NCBI GenBank assembly: GCA_002189035.1
Contig: NEEC01000026.1
Coordinates: 1 to 64,000, forward strand
Length of the DNA: 64,000 nucleotides
Reading direction: 5' to 3'
DNA from: Utricularia gibba
Taxonomy: Eukaryota > Plantae > Magnoliophyta
Shown: positions 42,001 through 51,916 of the stretch, in pieces
How positions within the stretch are numbered: the first letter of the stretch is position 1
Layout: the number at the start of each line of letters is the position of its first letter
The notes under the pieces: generated by a model
What the model was told of the DNA's origin: nothing
Seen by the model: only the letters and a program-made list of their open reading frames with translations
Databases searched by the model: none
Position numbers and translations under genes: made by a program

Positions 42001-44974
42001 CTTGGACATATTAAAAACAAACCACAACGAAAAGTGTCTTACGTGTCCTTCCTTGGTGGCTGCGTTTAATATTGTGCTTCTCGTTCTCGAAATTGATGCA
42101 AACAAGATACACGGCAAAAGAATCAAATAGCCACTAGAGACATGGTGTAAGGGAATGGTGCATCAAGAATCAGAAGTATCATAGCAACTAATTGCATCAA
42201 TCAACAGCCGAAACATATTGTGTCAAACTTCATCGGATATGCGATCAAGATGGAAAAAAGTCACATGTTACATCATGAATTTCGTGGCATCACTTATCCC
42301 AACACTATTATACACCAGGTACGCAAAAATGTTTACTTTTAACGAATCCAGTGCACGTGTGATTTTTAGGCTGCACCCGGAATGGTGATGCGCAATGAAA
42401 TGACTATGTCGCACATCCTGATCTACGAAGCACCTCTTCCAAAACATGCAGATCCTAACTCTTCATAGCACACCATTGGGAAACCCGATTCGAGCTCCAA
42501 GTAGTATAATTTGGAGTTTCGTTTGTCCGATAACTGTGGACATATTAAAAACAAACCACAACGAAAAGTGTCTTACGTGTCCTTCCTTGGTGGCTGCGTT
42601 TAATAATGTGCTTTTCGTTCTCGAAATTGATGCAAACAAGATACACGGCAAAAGAATCAAATAGCCACTAGAGACATGGTGTATGGGAATGGTGCATCAA
42701 GAATCAGAAGTATCATAGCAACTAATTGCATCAATCAACAGCCAAAACATATTGTGTCAAACTTCATCGGATATGCGATCAAGATGGAAAACAGTCACAT
42801 GTTACATCATGAATTTCGTGGCATCACTTATCCCAACACTATTATACTCCAGGTACGCAAAAATGTTTACTTTTAACGAATCCAGTGCATGTGTGATTTT
42901 TCGGCTGCACCCCGAATGGTGATGCGCAATGAAATGACTATGTCGCACATCCTGGTCCACGAAGCATCTCTTCCAAATCATGCAGATCCTAACTCTTCAT
43001 AGCACACCATTGGGAAGCTTTATTCGTGCTCCAAGTAGTATAATATGGAGTTACGTTTGTCCGATAACTGTGAACATATTAAAAACAAACCACAACGAAA
43101 AGTGTCTTACGTGTCCTTCCTTGGTGGCTGCGTTTAATATTGTGCTTCTCGTTCTCGAAATTGATGCAAACAAGATACACGGCAAAAGAATCAAATAGCC
43201 ACTAGAGACATGGTGTAAGGGAATGGTGCATCAAGAATCAGAAGTATCATAGCAACTAATTGCATCAATCAACTGCCAAAACATATGGTGTCAAACTTCA
43301 TCGGATATGCGATCAAGATGGAAAAAAGTCACATGTTACATCATGAATTTCGTGGCATCACTTATCCCAACACTGTTGTATACTCAGGATATGCGTAAAT
43401 ATTTATTTTTAACAAATCCGGTGCACGTGTTATTTTTAGGCTGCACCCCGAATGGTGATGCGCAATGAAATGACTAGGTCGCACATCCTGGTCCACGAAG
43501 CACCGCTTCCAAAACATGCAGATGCTAACTCTTCATAGCACACCATTGGGAAGCCCTATTCGTGCTCCAAGTAGTATAATTTGGAGTTACGTTTGTCCCA
43601 TAACTTTGGACATATTAAAAACAAACCACAACGAAAAGTGTCTTACGCGTCCTTCCTTGGTGGCTGCGTTTAATAATGTGCTTCTCGTTCTCGAAATTGA
43701 TGCAAATGGGATACACGGCAAAAGAATCAAGTAACCACTAGAGACATGTTGTAAGGGAATGGTGCATCAAGAATCAGAAGTATCATAGCAACTAATTGCA
43801 TCAATCAACTGCCAAAACGTATGGCGTCAAACATCATCGGATATGCGACCAAGATGGTAAAAAGTCACATGTTACATCATGAATTTCGTGGCATCACTTA
43901 TCCCAACACTATTATACACCAGGTACGCAAAAATGTTTACTTTTAACGAATCCAGTGCACGTGTGATTTTTAGGCTGCACCCCGAATGGTGATGCGCAAT
44001 GAAATGACTATGTCGCACATCCTGGTCTACGAAGCACCTCTTCCAAAACATGCAGATCCTAACTCTTCATAGCACACCATTGGGAAGCCCGATTCGAGCT
44101 CCAAGTAGTATAATTTGGAGTTTCGTTTGTCCGATAACTGTGGACATATTAAAAACAAACCACAACGAAAAGTGTCTTACGTGTCCTTCCTTGGTGGCTG
44201 CGTTTAATATTGTGCTTCTCGTTCTCGAAATTGATGCAAACAAGATACACGGCAAAAGAATCAAATAGCCACTAGAGACATGGTGTATGGGAATGGTGCA
44301 TCAAGAATCAGAAGTATCATGGCAACTAATTGCATCAATCAACAGCCAAAACATATTGTGTCAAACTTCATCGGATATGCGATCAAGATGGAAAAAAGTC
44401 ACATGTTACATCATGAATTTCGTGTCATCACTTATCCCAACACTATTATACTCCAGGTACGCAAAAATGTTTACTTTTAACGAATCCAGTGCACGTGTGA
44501 TTTTTCGGCTGCACCCGAATGGTGATGCGCAATGAAATGACTATGTCGCACATCCTGATCTACGAAGCACCTCTTCCAAAACATGCAGATCCTAACTCTT
44601 CATAGCACACCATTGGGAAGCCCGATTCGAGCTCCAAGTAGTATAATTTGGAGTTTCGTTTGTCCGATAACTGTGGACATATTAAAAACAAACCACAACG
44701 AAAAGTGTCTTACGTGTCCTTCCTTGGTGGCTGCGTTTAATAATGTGCTTTTCGTTCTCGAAATTGATGCAAACAAGATACACGGCAAAAGAATCAAATA
44801 GCCACTAGAGACATGGTGTATGGGAATGGTGCATCAAGAATCAGAAGTATCATGGCAACTAATTGCATCAATCAACAGCCGAAACATATTGTGTCAAACT
44901 TCATCGGATATGCGATCAAGATGGAAAAAAGTCACATGTTACATCATGAATTTCGTGGCATAACTTATCCCAAT
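1..44974. repeat. Tandem satellite array, ~534-bp monomer, ~85 copies, continues beyond left edge
   Basis: The unit starting GGATACACGGCAAAAG at 1 recurs at 531 and onward. In clean terminal copies the MQILTLHS ORF starts at 42446, 42980, 43516, 44050 and 44583 (period 533-536). About 85 units counted from ORF-track recurrences. Similarity ends at ...CTTATCCCAA (~44974). Confidence 0.98.
38395..44974. repeat. 4-monomer higher-order repeat (~2,137 bp), about three copies, at the array edge
   Basis: Diagnostic variants recur 2,137 bp apart: CTGTTGTATACTCAGGATATGCG at 41236/43373, GGGAAACCCG at 40341/42478, variant ORF MQMLTLH at 41379/43516. GAAGCATCTCTTCCAAATCATG recurs 8 monomers apart (38705/42961). 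Confidence 0.8.
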
Positions 44975-45679
44975 ACTTCTAATACTTCTAAATCCAATAC
45001 CTCAGCATAATGTTACATCATGATAAAAGAGACAACCTCAGCATCATCTAAATACTTCTAATATGCATGCCGAATATCATTAGCTGCATTAGCCCTAGGT
45101 TGTATAGGAACATCTTGCTCATGATGTGTATTCCAATACCTTTCGTTTTTAAGTAGAAGAATTTGGAAAAAAATTCTGGCATTTTAGACATGGTTTAATA
45201 ATTGAGTTTTTTGGTTGAATCTATTCTCCACTAACGTGGTTTTTTCTATCTCCATATGTAGAAGGAAAACATATAAGTTAACTCAATTAAAATGCAAACT
45301 AGAAAGATGAAAAAGAATAAAGCACAAGACATGTAGAGACAACAAAATAAATGAATTCAAACAAACACCACTAGTACCCAAAACTCAAATGCTCCAAAAG
45401 CAAAACATTAAAAACTAAACAAGATAAGTATCCGTAGTGTCGATAAATTTATTCTTTTAAGTTTTTATAACTTCCATACATTTCAAACAAGCAAACAACA
45501 AACAACAAAACACTTATAAATATTCAATGATTTAAAAAAGGAGAAAAAAGATGTATAAACCCTACATCGAGCGAAGAGAAGAAAGTAAAAAAGAAAACCC
45601 ATGGGCCCTCTAAAGTGTTGACTGTGATAGAAAATTAATTGAAGAGTGAAGTACATTATTTATTTTATATCAAATTTAA

Positions 45680-45864
45680 TAATTAGCAAGTCGGGTCGGA
45701 TTTTAATGGGTTGTAAATCCTATACCAATTTCCACCCAATATTGATGGGTCATCATTTACGCAACCCACCAAATGAATCGTAATATTTAAATCCATATAG
45801 GTGCAGTTTCAATGGGTCAGATACGGGTGGGCTGGGTGGTTTTGGGTTTATTCACTCACCCCTA
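45680..45864 (-). mobile_element. Orphan end of a class II transposon (hAT-like TAGGGGTGAGTGAA terminus; a Harbinger-like reading is also possible)
   Basis: The plus strand ends ...TTATTCACTCACCCCTA at 45864, preceded by GGGT/ACCC-rich subterminal sequence (GTCGGGTCGG, ATACGGGTGGGCTGGGTGG). No partner TIR found between 44975 and 45850. Confidence 0.5.
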
Positions 45865-45880
45865 ATCGAAATACTTCATT

Positions 45881-45925
45881 AATTGGTTTTGAGGTCACCC
45901 CTAAGTAGTGACCTCATATCCAATT
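45881..45925. repeat. Short inverted repeat (18-bp arms, 16/18 match, 9-nt loop)
   Basis: AATTGGTTTTGAGGTCAC-ccctaagta-GTGACCTCATATCCAATT. A third TTGGTTTTGAGGTCA copy lies at ~45964. Confidence 0.75.
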
Positions 45926-45981
45926 CATTGGTCATTGGCAATAGTTAGTCATACATGCAAATTTTGGTTTTGAGGTCAATT

Positions 45982-46367
45982 AATGACAATCCTCTAGCCC
46001 TTTCAATCATGTAAGAGGGAACCACATGAGGCTATTCTCATGCCTCTTGTAAAAGATTGCAAGGGAAAATAGGTTATTTCTTGCTCCTATAATTGGTTAT
46101 TCGAAAGAAATTAATGAAAGTCAAGGTGATGAGAGATAAAGAATAAAATAGATTCTCATTCTCAAGAGTTACATCCCTTAATCAAGGTCCATTACTTACA
46201 TTTCATTTTGTGTAAGAAAATCAGTATTTTAAATCCCTTTTATAAACCCATGATAATTTGCAATATGTTGTTACAAAAACACTTTTCAAAAAACTCAATT
46301 CCATGTGATCGATACTCGTAATTGCTTAATTGTGTTTTATGTTTTTATAATGAAATGACACGCAACA
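45982..46367 (+). mobile_element. 5'-truncated LTR remnant (Ty3/Gypsy-like), related to the solo LTR at 50604-51916
   Basis: Colinear by eye (~70%) with 51517-51916. Both end AAATGACA(C/T)GCAACA and carry GATCGATAC upstream of the end (46307; 51840). Confidence 0.7.
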
Positions 46368-46597
46368 AATTTTTGTAGTCTATTTATACGTTTGCAGAGT
46401 TCTCATGTTCTTTTGAAAGTTATGAAGCCCTAGATAAAGAATATGCATGTTTTTCTAGCTAAATACTCATTCAGTAGAGCTGTGCACGAGTCAAACCCAT
46501 CGGGTTGAAAATTGATTTCATGACTTAGTAGGTAGGGGTCAACATATCATAAGGGTCAACACATCGTGGGTCACGTGTTGACTTGGGATAGAGTAAA

Positions 46598-46775
46598 TTG
46601 AAGTCCTTTAATGTCTAGACACTACTATTTCATGTTTGCAATGCCTGATAGAGGCATTGAAGCCCTTTGATGTTTAGGCACTGTAATAACATGTTTGACA
46701 TATTTAAAAGAAGCATTGAAATCCTTTGATATCCAAACACTACAATTGCACATTTTTGATGCTTGGAAGAGGGCA
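46598..46775 (+). repeat. Three diverged 59-bp tandem units inside the hAT-like element
   Basis: Units start TTGAAGTCCTTT (46598), TTGAAGCCCTTT (46657) and TTGAAATCCTTT (46716), exactly 59 bp apart. Confidence 0.85.
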
Positions 46776-46816
46776 CCAGCCCAAACTCGTTGACCAACCG
46801 AGTCGACCTGTACCTG

Positions 46817-48161
46817 TGATAAATGGAAATTTCCTAATATCGTTGCAAATAAAAATAGAAAATCCGTATCAAATAAATTTATAATCCCTAATCTACATTT
46901 AGAAAACTTGTATAGTGGATATCAGGGTCGATCACGAAGAGCTTGTGCTTGCTAAGTGTTTTAATAAATGCATGATTTCGGATAACAGTAGGTCTTAGTT
47001 TAAGCTCGGACTAACAGTGGGAAACAAGTTCAGTAAACAAGGTAGGTAAGTAATGTCAGGTTTCTACACTAAGGTAATAGGTACTGGTTTTGACTTAAAC
47101 TAATACGAGGACGCCTTAAGGGTCTGCGGGTGGTGTTATGCTAAGCTTCCTAACTCAATTTATTATCTTCCTACACTCAAAACTTCAAATAACTTAAGTC
47201 TACTCGGGTCATTCATCATATTTTTGGCTTAAGTTAGTCCCCAATGTCATAACCCACATTGCAATTAGGTCTACCCGCATGCAAGGCATATAGAACTAAG
47301 TCTACCCGGTTCTACTAGTTCTACCCTAGACTAACACCAACTACTCCCGTCTTGGTTTGTTGGTCTACCTCTAAACCAAGCATCTAAGTTGTGAAACTAC
47401 TTGCTTCCCTCCTTAGGTCTACCCATGGTTTGTTAGAAACAAGAGTTAAGGAATACACATAAATTTCATCATCAAACCTAAGAACACACCACACCACTTC
47501 ACCTTAAGGCATCCCTAAGACTCTAGCCACTCATGTTTGGGAAATAAAACACGATTTCATTCATATAAGTTGGCCAAAATGGCAGAAACATTGTAAGCAA
47601 GTCAAATGCAGAAACTCTAAATGCTTAGAAAACGGAAAGTAGATAAAGATTGTTCTTCCACCCGTTAGCTACTGTTCACCACTCGGAAGAAGAGCTTCCT
47701 TCCCCCTTCTCGTTTTTTATGAAGGCCCGTTTGTGTTTTTCCCGTTAGGGAAGAAGACCCCCCTTTGCGTCCCCCTTGCTATTCGCTTCCACTTCCCGCT
47801 CTCCTTCTTTTTTCCGAATTAATTTCCTTTTCTTTTGCTTCACTCCATTGCACTGTTTCTGACTGTCAGTACTGTTCCTGACCGCCAGTACTGTTCCTAA
47901 CCGCCAGTACAGCACCTGGCCTGAACTTGCAGACTGCGGTGGCAACAGAACAATGCCCTTTGTCCTTCTCCGGATTTTGCGCCCTTTTTCGCTTGTTTTA
48001 CACGCTTTCAAGTTTGATTTTCGGTTCATATCCCTGCTGAACTTACTGAAACATTAGTAACAAGAGTTGTGGACTAAATCAAAGGATTTAGTCCACTTTT
48101 CAACATAATCACATAGGATTAACATAAACACCACTAAAGCATGAAAAACCACATTTATCTA
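46817..48161 (-). mobile_element. Solo LTR (~1,345 bp)
   Basis: Termini TGATAAATG / CATTTATC(T)A. 5-bp flanks ACCTG / ACCTA (4/5). GGGTCGATC at 46925 is the reverse complement of the GATCGA motif found near the 3' end of the other LTRs here, which gives the orientation. Confidence 0.65.
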
Positions 48162-48761
48162 ACCTAAACCATAATAAAATATAACTATTTTGCATTATGA
48201 ATTTCAGGAAAAATGTGTGTCATCAACCTGTTTACCTCCGACCCGTCCGGTACCCATTTTGGACGGTTACGAATAACAGGTCGGACCTATCACAGGTCAA
48301 TCCATCAGATATCCCAGTCAACCTATATCTGTGCCCAGCTCTACTCATGGAGAATCCTATAATGTTTATGGGTGGCTTGGTCACTGTTTCTTTACAAAGC
48401 TTGATTACTTTCTTCCTCATCTTCCCATGTTGTGGCATCTCAATTATGCATATCCTTTCTATTTCAAATCCTCGACTATAGAACAAATTGTGTTTTCAAT
48501 TCTCTTCTTGGTGTTTAAGGCTTACGCAGAAGTGTAGGATAGAAAGGGTCTTATTTGTTCTAGTGATAAAAAGGCATGGCATCATTACCTTGATAACATT
48601 ATAAAAATTAGATTTGGTCTTGACATAGCGATATTGTAGTAGGTTGCATCTTAGAACCAACCATGGATCATAGAGGGTAAGAGATAAATGTCAAAGAAAC
48701 TAACTAAGGCTAACAAGAGGAATGAGTAGCAATGCAACATGGTTTTGGTGCATGAAGGAAG

Positions 48762-50405
48762 ATGCCTCCAAGAAAAGCAGCCTAGAAGTTAACAAGCAAG
48801 AGGGTGAGGGGTAGAGCACAACACTGATGGATAGTATGGGAGAAATGAACTATGGCAATAACTAAAAACAATTTGACCAACTACTACAATGATGCAAGAT
48901 AGAGCAGCGGGAGGGGAGGGGGAGCATAACAGGTGGTGAGGGAAGACAATCAAAGGAAGGAATGTTAAGAAGCTATCATGAGGCTTCAAAGAAGATGGAA
49001 ATACATATTTTGTTGAAGGGGATCCAGAGGATGTAGAGAATGGCTGCTGAACTCGGAAGAAAATTCTAGATTGATGCAATGCCCATGATGAACGAAACTA
49101 TGTTAGCTTCACATTGGTTGGAAGTGAATGCTACGAGCGGGTAGAGAGGTGAACCAAGGTGATGAGATTGATGTTGTGTCAAATTTGATCTTATTTGTCA
49201 TATTTTTAGTACAAAGTTAAGGAATTCGACAAGTTAGAATAGAGAAAATGTTAAAATTAGTGTTAGTAAATTTATCTTAAGTAAAAATATGTTGTGGGCC
49301 TATTTAGCTTTGATCCAAGGGCTAGAGTGACATTACTATTCATCCAGAACCAAGAACGGCCAGCTCATTTGAGCTAGGCTGCATGTTCTAATCATTCTAT
49401 GCATCAATCATTAGTTCAAGGGGTAAAATGGGAAAATGATGTCTACATGCGCAATAAGATAAGAGGACTCGGCGGGAAGGAGGAACGAAGCCTTCCCACG
49501 GTGCACAATAGGGATGGCTGGATTGAGTGGAGAGAGAAGAGAGAATTCCTATGTTGGAAGCCATTTTCCGGCAAGTTTGAGCAAATTTTCGAGAAGATGA
49601 AGGAGGCACAATTCTAGTGCACTGGAACTAACCTCAACACTTAGAACCCAACGGAGACATAAACCTTCAAATTGAAGCCTAGGAATCATCCTATTTAAGA
49701 AGGACATGTGAGAACTGAATTAGAGCAGCATAAGAGCTTTTTATTTTCTGCACAAACTTTCTTTCTGAATTTTCTCAAACTTGCTAGCATTTTGCATTTC
49801 CTGCTTGAATGTTGACCTTATTTGAATTTCTTCATCTACTCATCATGATTTCTTCATTTTTTTCCTTTATTGTTTTCATGCATGAATCAAAACAGTAACT
49901 TTAGCATGACGTTAGTCTTTTCCAGCATGATTGATTCTAAGATTAAGTGAAATGATTGATTTATGCATCATGTTCTCTAATTTTAGTGTAAAATCCAGCT
50001 GAAGAATTTTTCTAATTTTGTTAGACTAGAAACTCAATTCCCAGAAAATTCCCCTATTAAATTCTGCATATGTATGAGACTAACAACTGAAAATCATATG
50101 CTCTCTATGAATCGACCTAGACTTACTATTAGTACATTATTTTCTTTATAAATGAGATGTAGAATGTTTGTTCAGTTTATAAATAACTTCTGATGGGAAT
50201 AACTTTTAGATCGTGACACCTTTTGAATTTTTTATCCATCAGAGATCACTCAGGAACAATTCAAGAAAGCCTTCTATGATAACTATTTCACACCAGAACG
50301 TAAGAGGATTAAGAAGGCTAAATATGTGAGAGTCATATAAGAGGGCATATCAATGATGGAGTATTTGAAAAAGTTCAATTAGTATTGTAAATATGCAACT
50401 AAATG
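48762..50405 (+). pseudogene. Degenerate Ty3/Gypsy (Tekay/Del-like) gag, split by a solo LTR
   Basis: MPPRK at 48762. Across frameshifts: GDPED..EWL..MQCP..LASHWLEVNA (~49015-49140). After the insertion: EITQEQFKKAFYDNYF...EYLKKFN..CKYA (50242-50405). These match gag motifs (W..FK..F...YF, EY..KF..L.RYA). Several stops. Confidence 0.75.
49169..50241 (+). mobile_element. Solo LTR (1,073 bp) inserted in the gag relic
   Basis: TGATG...CATCA termini with perfect 5-bp TSD GAGAT (49164-49168 / 50242-50246). Removing it restores GGT GAT GAG ATC ACT CAG (G-D-E-I-T-Q). Confidence 0.85.
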
Positions 50406-50603
50406 GGAGAGCGAAGAAACAAGTGAGGAAGGTTGTAACTGCATTGGAGGACCATTGATCAATTTCCCAAATTCAAAAGAATTGGGGACCTTTGATGTCA
50501 AAACAACAAATATAGAAATATAATGCCAATTTGATTTGAGTACCAAATATATGAAATATTTAAATAGTGAGTACTAAACACATCTAGTTTTTATGTAATA
50601 AGG

Positions 50604-51916
50604 TGTTAAGTGTCATTTTCTAGTTGTTTATTAGGTATTATTATGTATTAACCTAGTGTTAAGTCACCCAATTTAGGGTTTATATTGATAAATATTTTAT
50701 TTTCTTAGAAAAATATTATTTTCTATTTTATATACTTTTTCTTTGTCTTTTTCATCCACTTTGACCGAAATATGTCAAAAGGCAATTGTGGAGTATTGCA
50801 GGATGCTTGCAGAAGACCAGACTCTAACTTTTCGTGTCTTGCACGTGACTTGGAATAATTGTGAGCGAAAGATTGACACTAGTCAAAGCTCCTGACTTAC
50901 GACATGTCAGAGTCTGCAGCAATGTTTGGGCGCTTATTTGCACGCATGGGAAAGCTGATGGCACACGCAAGATGGAAAGAATGATAGGAAGGGCAGCAGA
51001 AGGAGTAAATGCACATGAGGAGTGAGATAAAACCAACTTGGAACAATCTCTTTCAGACCTTTTGACACTTTGTTCTTAGACTTAGAACTTTTAGTTCTTC
51101 CTCTCCTCCAAGAGAGGAAGAACACTTTAACTTTCTATTTTTCGTTTTCTGTTTTCGTAGCCATTCATGGCTAAACTCTTTTAGTTTCTGGGAGTAGACG
51201 AAGTTTCCTTCCAAGTCTTAAACATTAGTTCGGTTCTTCGTTGAATTCATTCCGGATTTTGCATACTTCCACGTGTCTTATTGTAGTCTTTCTGTAATGT
51301 CTCATAGTCAGAGTCCATGAGTAGTAGGCCACTCTTCGCGGATTTTGATGAAGACCAAAGTGAAAAGCACCAACTCCAACCCTATCGATTCGAGGGAAGT
51401 AGCGAATTATTTGTGACCGAGATACCGCGACAGTGGACAGGTAGTGACCTCATACCTGCCACTGATTATTGGCAACAGTTGGGCACACGTGCACAATTCG
51501 GTTTTGAAGGCAATTGACGGCAATCCTCTTATCTTCTCAATCGTCCAAGGGGGAATCACATGAGCCTATTCCCGTGTCTCCTTATCAATCAGAATGTAAG
51601 GGAGAGTAGGCTATTCTTTGCTCCTATAACCAGTTATTTAGAAGGAATCAGTAAAAATCGAGGCGAGAATAGACAAAAGGATGAAACGAAGTCCATTTCT
51701 CAAAAACTGCAACCCTTAGTCAAGATCCATTACTTAAATTGTATCTTTTATTCTTGTACTTCAAAAACCCCCTTTTATAAATCCGTGACAATTTGTGAAA
51801 GTTTCCTATAAACAATTTTCACAAAACTTAACTCCTTGAGATCGATACTTGTACTATGCTCTTTTGTGTTTTACGTTTTACATATTTAAAATTTGTTGAG
51901 AAAATGACATGCAACA
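50604..51916 (+). mobile_element. Solo LTR (1,313 bp)
   Basis: TIR TGTTAAGTGTCATTTTC / GAAAATGACATGCAACA (14/17). Perfect 5-bp TSD TAAGG (50599-50603 / 51917-51921). Confidence 0.88.

Larger units (their letters stand above)
46475..48343. mobile_element. Non-autonomous hAT-like element (~520 bp net) interrupted by a solo LTR
   Basis: TIRs TAGAGCTGTGCAC (46475) / GTGCCCAGCTCTA (48331-48343), 12/13 match. Degenerate flanking duplication CTCATTCAG / CTCATGGAG. Subterminal ACCCG/GGGTC-type repeats. Confidence 0.7.

Noticed and set aside
1-44974. Hundreds of 60-180-aa ORFs as a tandem gene family
   Set aside because: They are the same frames of the monomer on both strands. Their length varies with indels and many use GTG/TTG starts. 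At most they are decayed transposon coding sequence.
1-44974. CRISPR-like array
   Set aside because: No unique spacers; whole 534-bp units repeat, in a eukaryotic intron-rich context.
45061-45200. Minus-strand peptide RYWNTHHEQDVPIQPRANAANDIRHAY as a transposase C-terminus
   Set aside because: Too short, with only a vague resemblance; not supportable without a search.
45982-51916. One full-length retrotransposon bounded by the two related LTRs
   Set aside because: The right LTR has its own TSD on both sides, the pair is only ~70% identical, and no PBS follows the left remnant.
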